Positions 1-9,795 of a DNA stretch of 64,000 nt are shown one piece after another. The stretch is from NCBI GenBank assembly GCA_031398385.1, contig JANNNE010000075.1:13094-77093 (forward strand). Direction: 5' to 3'. The DNA is from Ideonella sp. Its GTDB lineage: Bacteria > Pseudomonadota > Gammaproteobacteria > Burkholderiales > Burkholderiaceae_C. Each line of letters starts with the position of its first letter. Positions within the stretch are counted from its first letter, which is position 1. A program made the position numbers and the translations under genes. The notes beneath the pieces are model-generated. The model was given only the letters and a program-made list of their open reading frames with translations. It was not told the DNA's origin and did no database searches.

Positions 1-465
1 AATCGGCAGTTCGGCGTAATAGTCGCGCACCACGACCTGGCCGGGCCTGAACAACTCGAACTGCAGGCCGCGACCGATGCCAGCCTGGTTGATGTCGGAC
101 AGCAGCGCGGCCATTTCGGCCTTGCCAGGCAGCTGCTTCTCCAATTGCAGCACGTATTCCTCGACCTGACGCTTCTGCTTCAGCAGTTCCTCGAGGTTCA
201 CCGCCTGCGTCAACTTGCTGCGGTAGTCGGATTTCAGTCCGGGTTCCTTGGCACGCTCTGCATCGAGTTCGTCCTGCGCATCCGACAGCAGCAGAAACCA
301 GCCGGCAATCACCACGGCGATGGCCAGCAGTGACCAGACCAGCAGTTTCGGCAGGATCGGCCATTGCCCGGGCTGGTTGGGATTCAGATCGCGAAATTGC
401 TCGCGCATGTCGGCGAACACATCGCCGATGCTCCTGCGCGGCACGGTCATCTTCTTGGTTGCCAT
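1..465 (-). CDS. pilO: Type IV pilus assembly protein PilO (3' end truncated by the window edge)
   Basis: Not in the ORF track. Manual translation from CAT at 463-465 gives MATKKMT...QWPILPKLLVWSLL...KLTQAVNLEELLKQK...EKQLPGKAEMAALLSDINQAGIGRGLQFELFRPGQVVVRDYYAELPI, typical of PilO. It follows pilM-pilN. Confidence 0.93.
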   Translation of the reverse strand, partial: MATKKMTVPRRSIGDVFADMREQFRDLNPNQPGQWPILPKLLVWSLLAIAVVIAGWFLLLSDAQDELDAERAKEPGLKSDYRSKLTQAVNLEELLKQKRQVEEYVLQLEKQLPGKAEMAALLSDINQAGIGRGLQFELFRPGQVVVRDYYAELPI

Positions 466-487
466 GGTCGTCGCTCGATTCACTCGG

Positions 488-1114
488 CTAGCGGGCTGCC
501 ACGGCCGGAGCCGGTGCGCTCGCCGGGTCGGCACTGGCCGGGGCAGCCTGATCCTGCTGTCGCTTCACGCTGATGCGCACAGAGAAGTCGAACAGGCGTG
601 GCTGGCCACGCGCACCGGGCTGCTGGTTGGCAAGCTTGATTTCGATCAGCTCAGGCTTGGTGAGCCAGGCCGAGTTGTTACCGGTATTGCGCAGGAACTC
701 GGACATCCGCTCGTTGGTCTGGGAAATGCCGGACACGTTCAACACCTGACCGTCTTGCCTGACCATCGTGAAATAAACGCCTTCCGGCGTGTGGCGAACC
801 AATTCGTTGAGGATGTGGACCGGCACGTTGCGGTCGAGCTGCAGGTTCTCGACTGCTGCCTGCCGGGCCTTCAGCGCCTCGATCTCGGCCCGCAGTGTGG
901 CGATGTCCTTGATCTGCGCCTCGAGCTTGCGGATCTCGGCGGCCAGGAAGCCGTTGCGGCCTTGCTGGGTCGACGTGAGCTGCTGCAACACCCCGAACCA
1001 GAGGGCGACCACCCCTGCGCCGACCACAGCGGCCAGCGCCATGCCCGCAAAGAATGCCGCCCTGCGCCGCTGGCGCCGCTCTTCGCGGTGGGGCAGCAGG
1101 TTGATGAGGATCAC
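488..1114 (-). CDS. pilN: Type IV pilus assembly protein PilN
   Basis: ILINLLPHREE N-terminal motif, one TM helix, a coiled coil and a PilN domain. Start is probably GTG at 1114, a GTGA overlap with the pilM stop. Confidence 0.93.
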   Translation of the reverse strand: MILINLLPHREERRQRRRAAFFAGMALAAVVGAGVVALWFGVLQQLTSTQQGRNGFLAAEIRKLEAQIKDIATLRAEIEALKARQAAVENLQLDRNVPVHILNELVRHTPEGVYFTMVRQDGQVLNVSGISQTNERMSEFLRNTGNNSAWLTKPELIEIKLANQQPGARGQPRLFDFSVRISVKRQQDQAAPASADPASAPAPAVAAR

Positions 1115-2190
1115 TGGACGAACCTCCGCATGGCCAGACCGCATGCGGTCAGGTAGGAGGGCGCCTCCCGCCGCAGCTTGCTCTCGCGAACGGCCGGACC
1201 CAGCTTCATCTTGTCGAACGGATTGACGATCGTCGAGGCGAAGCCAGTCAGCGCGGTCACGCGGTCCTTCAGGCCGGCCAGCGTGGCCGTGCCGCCCGCC
1301 AGCATCACATAGTGAACCTTGTGGTGCGGCGTGCTGGTGAAGAAATACTGCAGGGCGCGGCCGATTTCCTGCGCCAGACTGTCGACGAACGGCGACAGGA
1401 TCGCGGTGTCGTAATCGTCGGGCAGATCACCGGCCAGCTTTTTCTGTTCGGCCTCTTCGAACGAAAAGCCGTATTGCCGCGAGATCAGCTGGGTCAGCTG
1501 CGAGCCGCCGAACGCCTGGTCGCGGTCGTACAACATCTCCTCGTCGCGCAGCACCTTCAGACTGGTGGTGTCGGCCCCGATCTCGAACAAGGCCACCAGC
1601 GAGTCCTTGCCCTTGTTCGGCAGCGCCTTGATGACACGGGTCATGGCCAGCCTGGAGGCGTGCGATTCGATGTCCAGCACCATCGGCTTTAGCCCGGCGG
1701 CTTCGGCCAGGCCCTGACGATCCTGCACCCGATCCTTGCGCGAGGCGGCGATCAGCACATCGACATCGCCGGGCGATGACGCGCTCGGACCGATCACACA
1801 AAAATCGAGGCTGACCTCATCGAGCGAAAACGGGATGTATTGATTGGCCTCGGCCTCGACCTGCACCTCGAGTTGCTCTTCGCGCAGGCCGGCCGGCAGC
1901 ATGATCTTCTTCGTGATGACGGCCGATTGCGGCATCGCCATCACCACGTGTTTGGTCTTCGATCCGCTCTTGGTGATCAGCCGGCGTACCGCCTCGGCTA
2001 CCTCGTCGAACTTTTCAATGTGCCCATCGGTGATCCAGCCGCGCTCGAAATGCTCGGAGGCAAACCGCTCGAGCACCAGATTGCCCGAAGAATCCTGCGC
2101 CAGTTCAACCAGCTTGACACTGGTGGTGCAGATGTCAAGACCCAACATCGGCGGGTGCTGCTTTCCCAGTAGTCCGTCCAGGAAACTCAC
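1111..2190 (-). CDS. pilM: Type IV pilus assembly protein PilM (actin-like)
   Basis: LGLDICTTSVKLVEL phosphate-loop motif, QYIPFSLDEV, LAGGTA. Divergent from mrcA, a conserved arrangement. Confidence 0.96.
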   Translation of the reverse strand: MSFLDGLLGKQHPPMLGLDICTTSVKLVELAQDSSGNLVLERFASEHFERGWITDGHIEKFDEVAEAVRRLITKSGSKTKHVVMAMPQSAVITKKIMLPAGLREEQLEVQVEAEANQYIPFSLDEVSLDFCVIGPSASSPGDVDVLIAASRKDRVQDRQGLAEAAGLKPMVLDIESHASRLAMTRVIKALPNKGKDSLVALFEIGADTTSLKVLRDEEMLYDRDQAFGGSQLTQLISRQYGFSFEEAEQKKLAGDLPDDYDTAILSPFVDSLAQEIGRALQYFFTSTPHHKVHYVMLAGGTATLAGLKDRVTALTGFASTIVNPFDKMKLGPAVRESKLRREAPSYLTACGLAMRRFVQ

Positions 2191-2419
2191 GATGCAATCT
2201 CCATTGGCGACAAAGGGCTGGGTTGGATGCTAATAAATCACTTCAATGCTAGCAGCAAAGCCCTTGTCGAACCTAGCTAAACGGCCGGTTGAAGCGGCCT
2301 TGCCGTTGCGTCAGGCACACGCTTGCGATCAGTCTAACGGCATCCGATGGTCTCAAACGGTCGAATTGGCCGAACAAGCCCCGTCAGCCCCGCGCCATCA
2401 GGGATGACATCGGCATTCC

Positions 2420-2425
2420 TATAAT
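2420..2425 (+). promoter_or_regulatory. Putative sigma70 -10 element for mrcA
   Basis: Perfect TATAAT about 70 nt upstream of the mrcA ATG. No convincing -35. Confidence 0.4.
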
Positions 2426-2496
2426 GCTCTTTACCCCGAACTTGGAGCCTCAAGTGCGATCTTCAGCGCCAGGCTGATGATGCCTGTGGCGCGTCG

Positions 2497-4833
2497 ATGT
2501 CTCAAGAAAATCCGTCAAACGCTTCGCCGTGGCTGCGCGGCCTCACCAGGTTCGGCGGTGCGCTGCTGATCGTGGGTGCCGGCGTCGTCGGCACGCTGCT
2601 GCTGACGGTAGGTATCGCGCTGGCGGTCGCATTCCCCAACCTGCCGAACCTCGATGGCCTGACCGAATACCGGCCCAAGCTGCCGCTGCGGGTCTATTCG
2701 TCCGACGGCGTGCTGGTCGGCGAATTCGGCGAGGAGCGCCGCAACTTCACGCCGATCGGCGAGATTCCGCAGGTCGTGCAGGACGCGGTGCTGGCAATCG
2801 AGGACTCACGTTTCTACCAGCATGGCGGGGTCGACTATCTGGGCGTCGTGAGGGCCGGCCTGGCCAATTTCGTCGAATCCCGCAGTCAAGGCGCGTCGAC
2901 GATCACGATGCAACTGGCGAGAAACTTCTACCTGTCGAGCGAAAAGACCTTCACCCGCAAGATCTACGAGATCCTGCTCGCGCTGAAGATCGAAAGCCGC
3001 CTGAGCAAGCCGCAGATCCTCGAGATCTACATGAACCAGATCTACCTGGGACAACGCGCCTATGGCTTCGCGGCGGCCAGTGAAACCTATTTCGGCAAGC
3101 CGCTGAAGGATATCTCGATCGCCGAGGCCGCGATGTTGGCGGGGCTGCCGAAGGCCCCTTCGGCGTACAACCCGATCGCCAATCCGCGCCGCGCAACCGT
3201 GCGCCAGCTCTACATCCTGGACCGCATGCTCGAGAACGGCTTCATCACCGAGGCCCAGCGCGCCGAGGCGCGCGCCCAGCCGATGCGCTACCGCGCGCCT
3301 GCCAGCGTATCGGTGCATGCCGAGTATGTGGCCGAAGCCACCCGCCAGTTGATCTACGCGCACTATGGCGACGAAGCCTACAGCCGCGGGCTGAACGTAT
3401 TTCTGACGCTGGATTCGAAGGAACAGACCCTGGCTTATCGGGCGCTGCGCAAGGGCATCCTCGATTACGAGCGGCGCCAGGTCTATCGAGGGCCCGAGGC
3501 CTACATCGACCTGCCCGCCCAGCCGCAGGAAATCGATGCGCGGATCGCCGAGGCACTGGTCGAGCATCCGGACAACGACGAGCTGAAGGCCGCCGTCGTG
3601 CTGCAGGCCAGCCCGAGCAAGGTGGTTGCCGCCCTGCAAAGCGGCGAGAGCCTGACGATCACCGGCGATGGGCTGAAACCGGCCACGTCGGGCCTGACCG
3701 CCAATGCCAGCCCGAAGGTGCAGGTGCGGCGCGGCGCGATCGTGCGCGTCGTCAAGGGCGCCAAGGGAAGCTGGACCATCACGCAGTTGCCCGAGGTCGA
3801 GGGCGCGTTCGTATCGCTCGATCCGGCCACCGGCGCGGTGCGCGCCATGGTCGGCGGATTCGACTACTCGAAGAACAAGTTCAACCACGTCACACAAGCC
3901 TGGCGACAGCCCGGATCGAGTTTCAAGCCGTTCATCTACTCGGCCGCGCTCGAAAAAGGCTTCACGCCGACCACCGTGATCAACGATGCGCCGTTGTTCT
4001 TCGACGCCGGCGACACCGGCAGCCAACCGTGGGAACCGAAAAACTACGACGGGCAGTTCGACGGGCCGATGTCGATGCGACGCGGGCTGGCGAAATCGAA
4101 GAACATGATCTCGATTCGCATCCTGCAATCGATCGGAACCAAATACGCGCAGGACTGGGTCACGCGATTCGGCTTCGATGCGCCGCGCCACCCCGCTTAC
4201 CTGACGATGGCGCTCGGCGCCGGCTCGGTGACGCCGATGCAGATGGCGACCGCCTACGCCGTCTTTGCCAACGGCGGATACCGCCTGAACCCCTACCTGA
4301 TCCAGAAGGTTGTCGATGCCAAAGGCAAGGTGCTGAGCGAGATCAACCCGCCGGTGCTCGACGACTCGCTGCGCACCATCGATGCACGCAATGCCTTCAT
4401 GATGACCAGCCTGCTCCAGGAGGTTACCCGCTCGGGTACCGCGGCGAAGGCGCAGGCGCAGTTGAAGCGACCGGACATCTATGGCAAGACCGGCACCACC
4501 AACGATTCGCTCGATGCGTGGTTCGCCGGTTGGCAAAACGAGGTGGTCGCCGTGGTCTGGATGGGCTATGACACTCCACGCAAGCTCGGCGAACGCGAAA
4601 CTGGTGGCGGCCTCGCGCTGCCGGTCTGGATCGACTACATGGCGCAGACCCTGAAAGGCGTGCCGGTCAACGACCCGCAGACGCCGCCGGGTCTCGTCTA
4701 TGCCAACGGCGACTGGTATTTCCAGGAATATGCCAACCGCAATGGCGTGTCCAGCCTCGGCCTCGACGATCGGCTACCCGCACCGCCGACCGAAGAGGAA
4801 CGGCGTAGCATCCTGGATTTGTTCAAGCGCTAG
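2497..4833 (+). CDS. mrcA: Penicillin-binding protein 1A (transglycosylase/transpeptidase)
   Basis: N-terminal TM; GT51 motifs EDSRFYQHGGVD, GASTITMQLARN, RKIYE; transpeptidase motifs SSFK, SKN, KTG. Confidence 0.96.
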   Translation: MSQENPSNASPWLRGLTRFGGALLIVGAGVVGTLLLTVGIALAVAFPNLPNLDGLTEYRPKLPLRVYSSDGVLVGEFGEERRNFTPIGEIPQVVQDAVLAIEDSRFYQHGGVDYLGVVRAGLANFVESRSQGASTITMQLARNFYLSSEKTFTRKIYEILLALKIESRLSKPQILEIYMNQIYLGQRAYGFAAASETYFGKPLKDISIAEAAMLAGLPKAPSAYNPIANPRRATVRQLYILDRMLENGFITEAQRAEARAQPMRYRAPASVSVHAEYVAEATRQLIYAHYGDEAYSRGLNVFLTLDSKEQTLAYRALRKGILDYERRQVYRGPEAYIDLPAQPQEIDARIAEALVEHPDNDELKAAVVLQASPSKVVAALQSGESLTITGDGLKPATSGLTANASPKVQVRRGAIVRVVKGAKGSWTITQLPEVEGAFVSLDPATGAVRAMVGGFDYSKNKFNHVTQAWRQPGSSFKPFIYSAALEKGFTPTTVINDAPLFFDAGDTGSQPWEPKNYDGQFDGPMSMRRGLAKSKNMISIRILQSIGTKYAQDWVTRFGFDAPRHPAYLTMALGAGSVTPMQMATAYAVFANGGYRLNPYLIQKVVDAKGKVLSEINPPVLDDSLRTIDARNAFMMTSLLQEVTRSGTAAKAQAQLKRPDIYGKTGTTNDSLDAWFAGWQNEVVAVVWMGYDTPRKLGERETGGGLALPVWIDYMAQTLKGVPVNDPQTPPGLVYANGDWYFQEYANRNGVSSLGLDDRLPAPPTEEERRSILDLFKR

Positions 4834-4853
4834 GCATACCGACGCACGGCCGC

Positions 4854-5225
4854 TCAACCCGTGAAACGCAGCGACTTGCCGGCCTGTTCGCTGGCGCAGC
4901 GCGACAGCGCATCGTAGAAATCGCTGCCATCGCGCGTGTCGACCCAATGGCCGTCGCCGAATCGGTAATGGAAACCGCCGCTGCGCGCCGCCAGCCACAA
5001 CTCGTGCAAAGGCGGCTGGGTGTTGACCACGATCTTGCTGTCGTTCGGAAAACTCAGCTCGAGCAACCCGCCGGTGCGGCTGCTGTCGATGTCGACGACA
5101 TCCTGCTGCAGCCATCGATCGACAGTCGCCTCGATGCCGTCCAGAACGGCGTCGGTCCGATCCCGATATTCGGCGTCGGACAAGGCATTCGATGCAGCGG
5201 GATCTGGCAATTCAGGTTGGGTCAT
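4854..5225 (-). CDS. cyaY: Iron donor protein CyaY (frataxin family)
   Basis: GGLLELSFPNDSKIVVNTQPPLHELWLAARSGGFHY frataxin signature. Start is probably ATG at 5225 (MTQPEL). Confidence 0.94.
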   Translation of the reverse strand: MTQPELPDPAASNALSDAEYRDRTDAVLDGIEATVDRWLQQDVVDIDSSRTGGLLELSFPNDSKIVVNTQPPLHELWLAARSGGFHYRFGDGHWVDTRDGSDFYDALSRCASEQAGKSLRFTG

Positions 5226-5243
5226 GGTCGATAGAATCCTGGG

Positions 5244-5483
5244 ATGCAAAAGCAGGTGCAATCAAGCAGTGTAGCGAGCGCCGCGGCGCGGTCCCCACAA
5301 AGACCGGATCGATGCCCAGGCCCTGGTTGGCCCGCCATGTGCGTGCTGGCGCTTTCGCTTCAGGGGCTGGCCGCATGCGGCCAGAAAGGCCCATTGACCT
5401 TGCCACAACCGATCGCCGCGCCATCCACTCCGCCAATCGCTGCCCCCGCCGCAGCGGCATCGAGTGTGCTGCCGGCCCGCTAA
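5244..5483 (+). CDS. lptM: Small lipoprotein, LptM/YifL/LppL family
   Basis: Lipobox LAAC followed by GQKGPLTLP. Conserved position divergent from cyaY and upstream of lysA. Confidence 0.8.
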   Translation: MQKQVQSSSVASAAARSPQRPDRCPGPGWPAMCVLALSLQGLAACGQKGPLTLPQPIAAPSTPPIAAPAAAASSVLPAR

Positions 5484-5489
5484 AGAAAC

Positions 5490-6803
5490 ATGACCCTGCC
5501 CGGCTCTCCACATGTCGCCTACCGAGGCGACGCCCTCGTCGTTGAAGGTTGTTCGCTCGATGAACTGGCCTCGCGCCACGGCACGCCGCTGTATGTCTAC
5601 TCGCGCACAGCCATGCTCGAAGCGGCCGCTGCTTACCAGCGCGCGTTGGTCGGCCGGGATCACCTGATCTGCTACGCGATGAAGGCGAATCCCAGCCTGG
5701 CGGTGCTTCAGACCCTGGCTGCAGCGGGCTGCGGCTTCGACATCGTGTCCGGGGGCGAACTCGAGCGTGTCCTGGCGGCCGGCGGCGATCCGGCCAAGGT
5801 AGTGTTTTCGGGAGTAGGAAAGACCGCCGCCGAAATGCAGCGGGCACTCGAAATCGGCGTCCTCTGCTTCAATGTCGAAAGCGAAGCCGAGCTGGAACGC
5901 CTGTCGCAGGTGGCCACTGGCTGCAAGACGACCGCGAGGGTCAGCCTGCGCGTCAATCCCGATGTCGATGCCGGCACCCACCCCTACATCTCGACCGGGC
6001 TGAAAGGCAACAAGTTCGGTGTGCCGCACGACCGTGCCATCGACACCTATCTGCGCGCGGCCGGACTGCCCGGCATCGACGTGGTCGGCATCGACTGCCA
6101 CATCGGGTCGCAGATCACCGCGGTGGCGCCTTATCTGGATGCGCTCGACCGCTTGCTCGATTTGGTCGAAGCGGTCGAACGCCGCGGCATCAAACTCGAC
6201 CACATCGACCTGGGTGGCGGCCTGGGCATCACATACGCCGATGAATCACCGCCCGCCATTGGTGCCTTGATCGGGCAGCTGCTCGACCGCATCGACGCGC
6301 GTGGGCATGGCCATCGCAAGATCCTGTTCGAACCCGGTCGCTCGATGGTCGGCAATGCCGGCGTGCTGGTCAGCGAGGTCGTGTACCTCAAGCACGCAAC
6401 CGGGTCGGCCGGAGATCCGGGGTCAACGGCGACGGAAGCAGGCAAGAACTTCTGCATCGTCGACGCGGCAATGAACGATTTGATGCGCCCGGCCATGTAC
6501 GGCGCTTGGATGGCGATCGTTGAATGCCGCAGACAAGCGGCACAACCCACGGTCTATGACGTGGTCGGTCCGGTCTGCGAATCGGGCGACTGGCTGGGGC
6601 GCGAACGTGCGCTGGCGGTCAAGGCGGGCGACCGGGTCGCCGTTCTCTCAGCCGGGGCCTACGCAATGAGCATGGCCAGCAACTACAACAGCCGCGGGCG
6701 AGCCGCCGAGGTGATGGTCAGCGGCGAGCAGTCCTGGCTGATCCGTCGCCGCGAGCTGCCCAGCGAGTTGTTCGCCAACGATCTGCTGATCCCGCCTGCC
6801 TGA
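5490..6803 (+). CDS. lysA: Diaminopimelate decarboxylase
   Basis: YAMKAN (PLP lysine), HIGSQ, DLGGG, EPGR, GPVCESGD, GAY...SNYN. Confidence 0.96.
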   Translation: MTLPGSPHVAYRGDALVVEGCSLDELASRHGTPLYVYSRTAMLEAAAAYQRALVGRDHLICYAMKANPSLAVLQTLAAAGCGFDIVSGGELERVLAAGGDPAKVVFSGVGKTAAEMQRALEIGVLCFNVESEAELERLSQVATGCKTTARVSLRVNPDVDAGTHPYISTGLKGNKFGVPHDRAIDTYLRAAGLPGIDVVGIDCHIGSQITAVAPYLDALDRLLDLVEAVERRGIKLDHIDLGGGLGITYADESPPAIGALIGQLLDRIDARGHGHRKILFEPGRSMVGNAGVLVSEVVYLKHATGSAGDPGSTATEAGKNFCIVDAAMNDLMRPAMYGAWMAIVECRRQAAQPTVYDVVGPVCESGDWLGRERALAVKAGDRVAVLSAGAYAMSMASNYNSRGRAAEVMVSGEQSWLIRRRELPSELFANDLLIPPA

Positions 6804-6827
6804 AGCCCGCGCGTGGGGCCGGTGCGG

Positions 6828-7856
6828 TCAGCCGACCGACAGTCGACCTTCCTGTACCGCATGGCAGGCGATCTGCACGCCCTGAAAGCTCAGCAGGGCT
6901 GGTCGCTCCGCGACGCAGCGCTCATTGGCATGCGGACAGCGCGGGTGGAATGAACATCCGCTGGGCGGATTCAGCGGATTCGGCACTTCGCCTTGCACCG
7001 GCGTGCGCGAACGACCGGTCATGTGGATATCGGGTATGGCGTCGAGCAGCATGCGGGTATACGGATGCCGAGGCCGGTCGAACAGTTCGGACTTGGCGGC
7101 CACTTCGACCAGTCGCCCGAGGTACATCACGCCGACCCGATCGCTGACATGGCGCACCACCGCCAGGTTGTGCGAGATGAACAGGTAGGTCAGCCCGCGA
7201 TTGCGCTGCAGGTCCTTCATGATGTTCAGCACCTGCGCCTGTACCGAGACGTCGAGGGCTGACGTGGGTTCATCGCAGACCAGAAATTCGGGCTGAGTCG
7301 CCAGCGCGCGGGCGATCGAGATCCGCTGCCGCTGGCCACCCGAGAACTGGTGAGGAAATTTCTCGACATCGGTCGCAGTCAGGCCGACCGACTGCAGCAG
7401 ATCGGCCACGCGATCCCTCAGCACCGCCCGGTTATCGACCAGTCCATTTTCGACCAGCGGTTCGCCCACGATGTCGAGCACCTTCCAGCGCGGATTCAGG
7501 CTGGCGTAGGGGTCTTGAAAAATCATCTGCATGCGGCGTCGCAGCGCAGGCGCCTCGGGGCCGCGCAGCGTGCGTGCGATGTCGCGACCATCAAACGAGA
7601 CCGTGCCTGCGCTGGGTGCATGCAGGCCCACCAGGAGCCGGGCCACGGTGCTCTTGCCACAGCCTGACTCGCCGACCAGCGCCAGGGTCTGACCGCGGCC
7701 GATTTCGAAACTGACTCCGTCGACGGCATGCACGAATTGCCTCGACCGCCGTTCCATCATGCGGTTCAACCACGGCGCGGATACATCGAAGGTCTTCGCC
7801 AGATCACGCACCTCGACCAGAGGCGCCATTGGCGGGTCGGTCGCTGCGCCGGTCAT
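6828..7856 (-). CDS. Dipeptide/oligopeptide ABC transporter ATP-binding subunit (DppF/OppF-like)
   Basis: Walker [27 protein letters not shown]-terminal GCSFHPRCP Cys cluster. Confidence 0.93.
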   Translation of the reverse strand: MTGAATDPPMAPLVEVRDLAKTFDVSAPWLNRMMERRSRQFVHAVDGVSFEIGRGQTLALVGESGCGKSTVARLLVGLHAPSAGTVSFDGRDIARTLRGPEAPALRRRMQMIFQDPYASLNPRWKVLDIVGEPLVENGLVDNRAVLRDRVADLLQSVGLTATDVEKFPHQFSGGQRQRISIARALATQPEFLVCDEPTSALDVSVQAQVLNIMKDLQRNRGLTYLFISHNLAVVRHVSDRVGVMYLGRLVEVAAKSELFDRPRHPYTRMLLDAIPDIHMTGRSRTPVQGEVPNPLNPPSGCSFHPRCPHANERCVAERPALLSFQGVQIACHAVQEGRLSVG

Positions 7857-8836
7857 GCGGCAGTTTCCGCCTCGACCGCGTGCAGCCAGCAGGCTGCTTT
7901 CGTGGCGCCCGACGGCAGCAGGTCAGGTCGTTCGACCGCGCAGCGCGCAAAGGCGCTTGGGCAGCGGGGGTGATAGGCGCATCCCGACGGGATGGCGTTC
8001 AGGCGCGGCATCGATCCGTCGATCTGCAGCAGGCGTTCGCGGTCTTCATCCATCGCCGGAATCGAGCCCATCAGGCCGGCCGTGTAGGGATGAGCCGGCG
8101 AATGGATCACCGCCTGCACCGGTCCGATCTCGACGATGCGTCCGGCATACATCACCGCCACGCGATCGCAGGTTTCGGCAATCACCCCCATGTCGTGCGT
8201 GACCAGCATCACCGCGGCGCCATGATCGTGGCACAAGCGCTTGAGCAACAAGATGATCTGCGCCTGGATCGAGACATCGAGTGCCGTGGTCGGTTCGTCG
8301 GCAACAATCAGTTTCGGCTCGGCCGCCAGCGCAAGCGCGATCACCACCCGCTGGCGCATGCCGCCCGAGAACTGGTGCGGATACTGGTCGATTCGTTGCT
8401 CGGCAGCCTGGATGCCGGTCTCCTCGAGCAGCTTGATCGCCCGTTGCCTGGCCTGCGAGTCGGACATCGGCAGGTGGGTCTGGATCGTCTCGACCAGCTG
8501 ACGTCCGATCGTGTACAGCGGATTCAGCGAGGTGAGCGGGTCCTGGAAAATCGCACCGATGCCACGACCACGCACCCGACGCAGTTCTTCATACGGAAGG
8601 TTGTCGATGCGCCGGCCATCGAATCGAACCTGACCGGCGGTGATCCGGCCCGGCGGATCGAGCAGGCCGATGATGGCCGCGCCAGTCAGCGATTTGCCGG
8701 CGCCGGATTCGCCGACGACACCCAGAATTTCACCCGGGGCAATTGAGAATGAAATGTCATCAATAGCGAGCAGGCTGCCTTGACGGGTCGGAAACTCGAC
8801 CCGCAGGTGATCAACTTCGAGAAGGGGCTGGGTCAT
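7853..8836 (-). CDS. Dipeptide/oligopeptide ABC transporter ATP-binding subunit (DppD/OppD-like)
   Basis: [34 protein letters not shown]. Start refined to ATG 8836 (MTQPLLEV). Confidence 0.93.
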   Translation of the reverse strand: MTQPLLEVDHLRVEFPTRQGSLLAIDDISFSIAPGEILGVVGESGAGKSLTGAAIIGLLDPPGRITAGQVRFDGRRIDNLPYEELRRVRGRGIGAIFQDPLTSLNPLYTIGRQLVETIQTHLPMSDSQARQRAIKLLEETGIQAAEQRIDQYPHQFSGGMRQRVVIALALAAEPKLIVADEPTTALDVSIQAQIILLLKRLCHDHGAAVMLVTHDMGVIAETCDRVAVMYAGRIVEIGPVQAVIHSPAHPYTAGLMGSIPAMDEDRERLLQIDGSMPRLNAIPSGCAYHPRCPSAFARCAVERPDLLPSGATKAACWLHAVEAETAA

Positions 8837-8844
8837 GTGATCGA

Positions 8845-9795
8845 TCAGCGCAGCCGTGGGTTCAACGCGTCGCGCAGCCAGTCGCCGAGCAGATTGACGC
8901 TCAGTGCAATCATGATCAGGACGGCCCCCGGGAAAATCGTGATCCACCATTCGCCGGACAGCAGAAAGTCGTTGCCGACCCGAATCAACGTCCCCAGCGA
9001 CGGTGACGTGGGCGGAACACCGACCCCGAGGAACGACAGCGTCGCCTCGATGATGATCGCCGAGGCCAGCTGAATGGTCGCCAGCACCAACACCGGGCCC
9101 ATCACATTGGGCAACACGTGGCGGCGCATGATGCGCAGCGACGACACGCCGATCACCCGCGCTGCTTGCACATATTCCTTCTGCTGCTCGACCATCGTCG
9201 AGCCGCGCACCGTGCGGGCATACTGGACCCAGCCGCCGAGCGAGATCGCAATGATCAGCACCGCGAAGGCCAGGGTCTCATGGGCATCCGGAAAGATGGC
9301 GCGCCCGACCCCGTCGATCAACAGCGCGATCAGGATCGACGGAAAGGACAACATCACGTCGCAGACCCGCATGATGAATGCATCGGTCTTGCCGCCGATG
9401 AAGCCCGAAAGCAGCCCCAGCGAGACACCCACCAGCAACGACACGACCACCGACGCAGCGCCGACGAACAGCGAGATGCGCGATCCGTACATCAGCGCCG
9501 ACAGGATGTCGCGGCCCTGATCGTCGGTGCCGAGCAGATAGGTCGACTTGCCTTCGTCATGCCAGGCCGGTGGGAGCCTCGAGTCGGACAACTCCAGACT
9601 GGCCAGATCGAAGGGGTTGTGCGGCGCGACGAAATCGGCGAACAGCGCGCAGAAAATGCACAGGAATGCAATCGCTGCCGCTCCAATGGCGACCGGCGAC
9701 TGCTTGAAACTGTGCCAGACATCGCCGTCCAGAAAGCGTCGGAAGCGGCCCGGCGGAAGCGCTGCCGGCGCAATCGCGTCTGCGCCGTCGCTCAC
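8845..9795 (-). CDS. Peptide ABC transporter permease (DppC/OppC-like)
   Basis: LLGTDDQGRDILS, EYVQAARVIG (EAA loop), RHVLPN, EATLSFLGVG. GTG 9795 overlaps the binding-protein stop (GTGA). Confidence 0.92.
   Translation of the reverse strand: MSDGADAIAPAALPPGRFRRFLDGDVWHSFKQSPVAIGAAAIAFLCIFCALFADFVAPHNPFDLASLELSDSRLPPAWHDEGKSTYLLGTDDQGRDILSALMYGSRISLFVGAASVVVSLLVGVSLGLLSGFIGGKTDAFIMRVCDVMLSFPSILIALLIDGVGRAIFPDAHETLAFAVLIIAISLGGWVQYARTVRGSTMVEQQKEYVQAARVIGVSSLRIMRRHVLPNVMGPVLVLATIQLASAIIIEATLSFLGVGVPPTSPSLGTLIRVGNDFLLSGEWWITIFPGAVLIMIALSVNLLGDWLRDALNPRLR

Noticed and set aside
2208-2269. Imperfect long-range inverted repeat CGACAAAGGGCT ... AGCCCTTGTCG upstream of pilM
   Set aside because: One arm probably lies upstream of the likely pilM -10 (TAGCAT), so both arms would not be in the transcript. 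The match is imperfect and single-copy.
2314-2326. GGCACACGCTTGC sigma54-like motif between pilM and mrcA
   Set aside because: GG-to-GC spacing is one base shorter than the strict -24/-12 requirement.
6376-6445. Short insertions in conserved proteins (LysA ATGSAGDPGSTATEA; also the GspK Ala/Pro tract, GspD Gly/Ser tract and SrkA insert)
   Set aside because: They are low-complexity loop expansions with no intein motifs, no shared DNA repeat and no palindromic element, and are common in this lineage.
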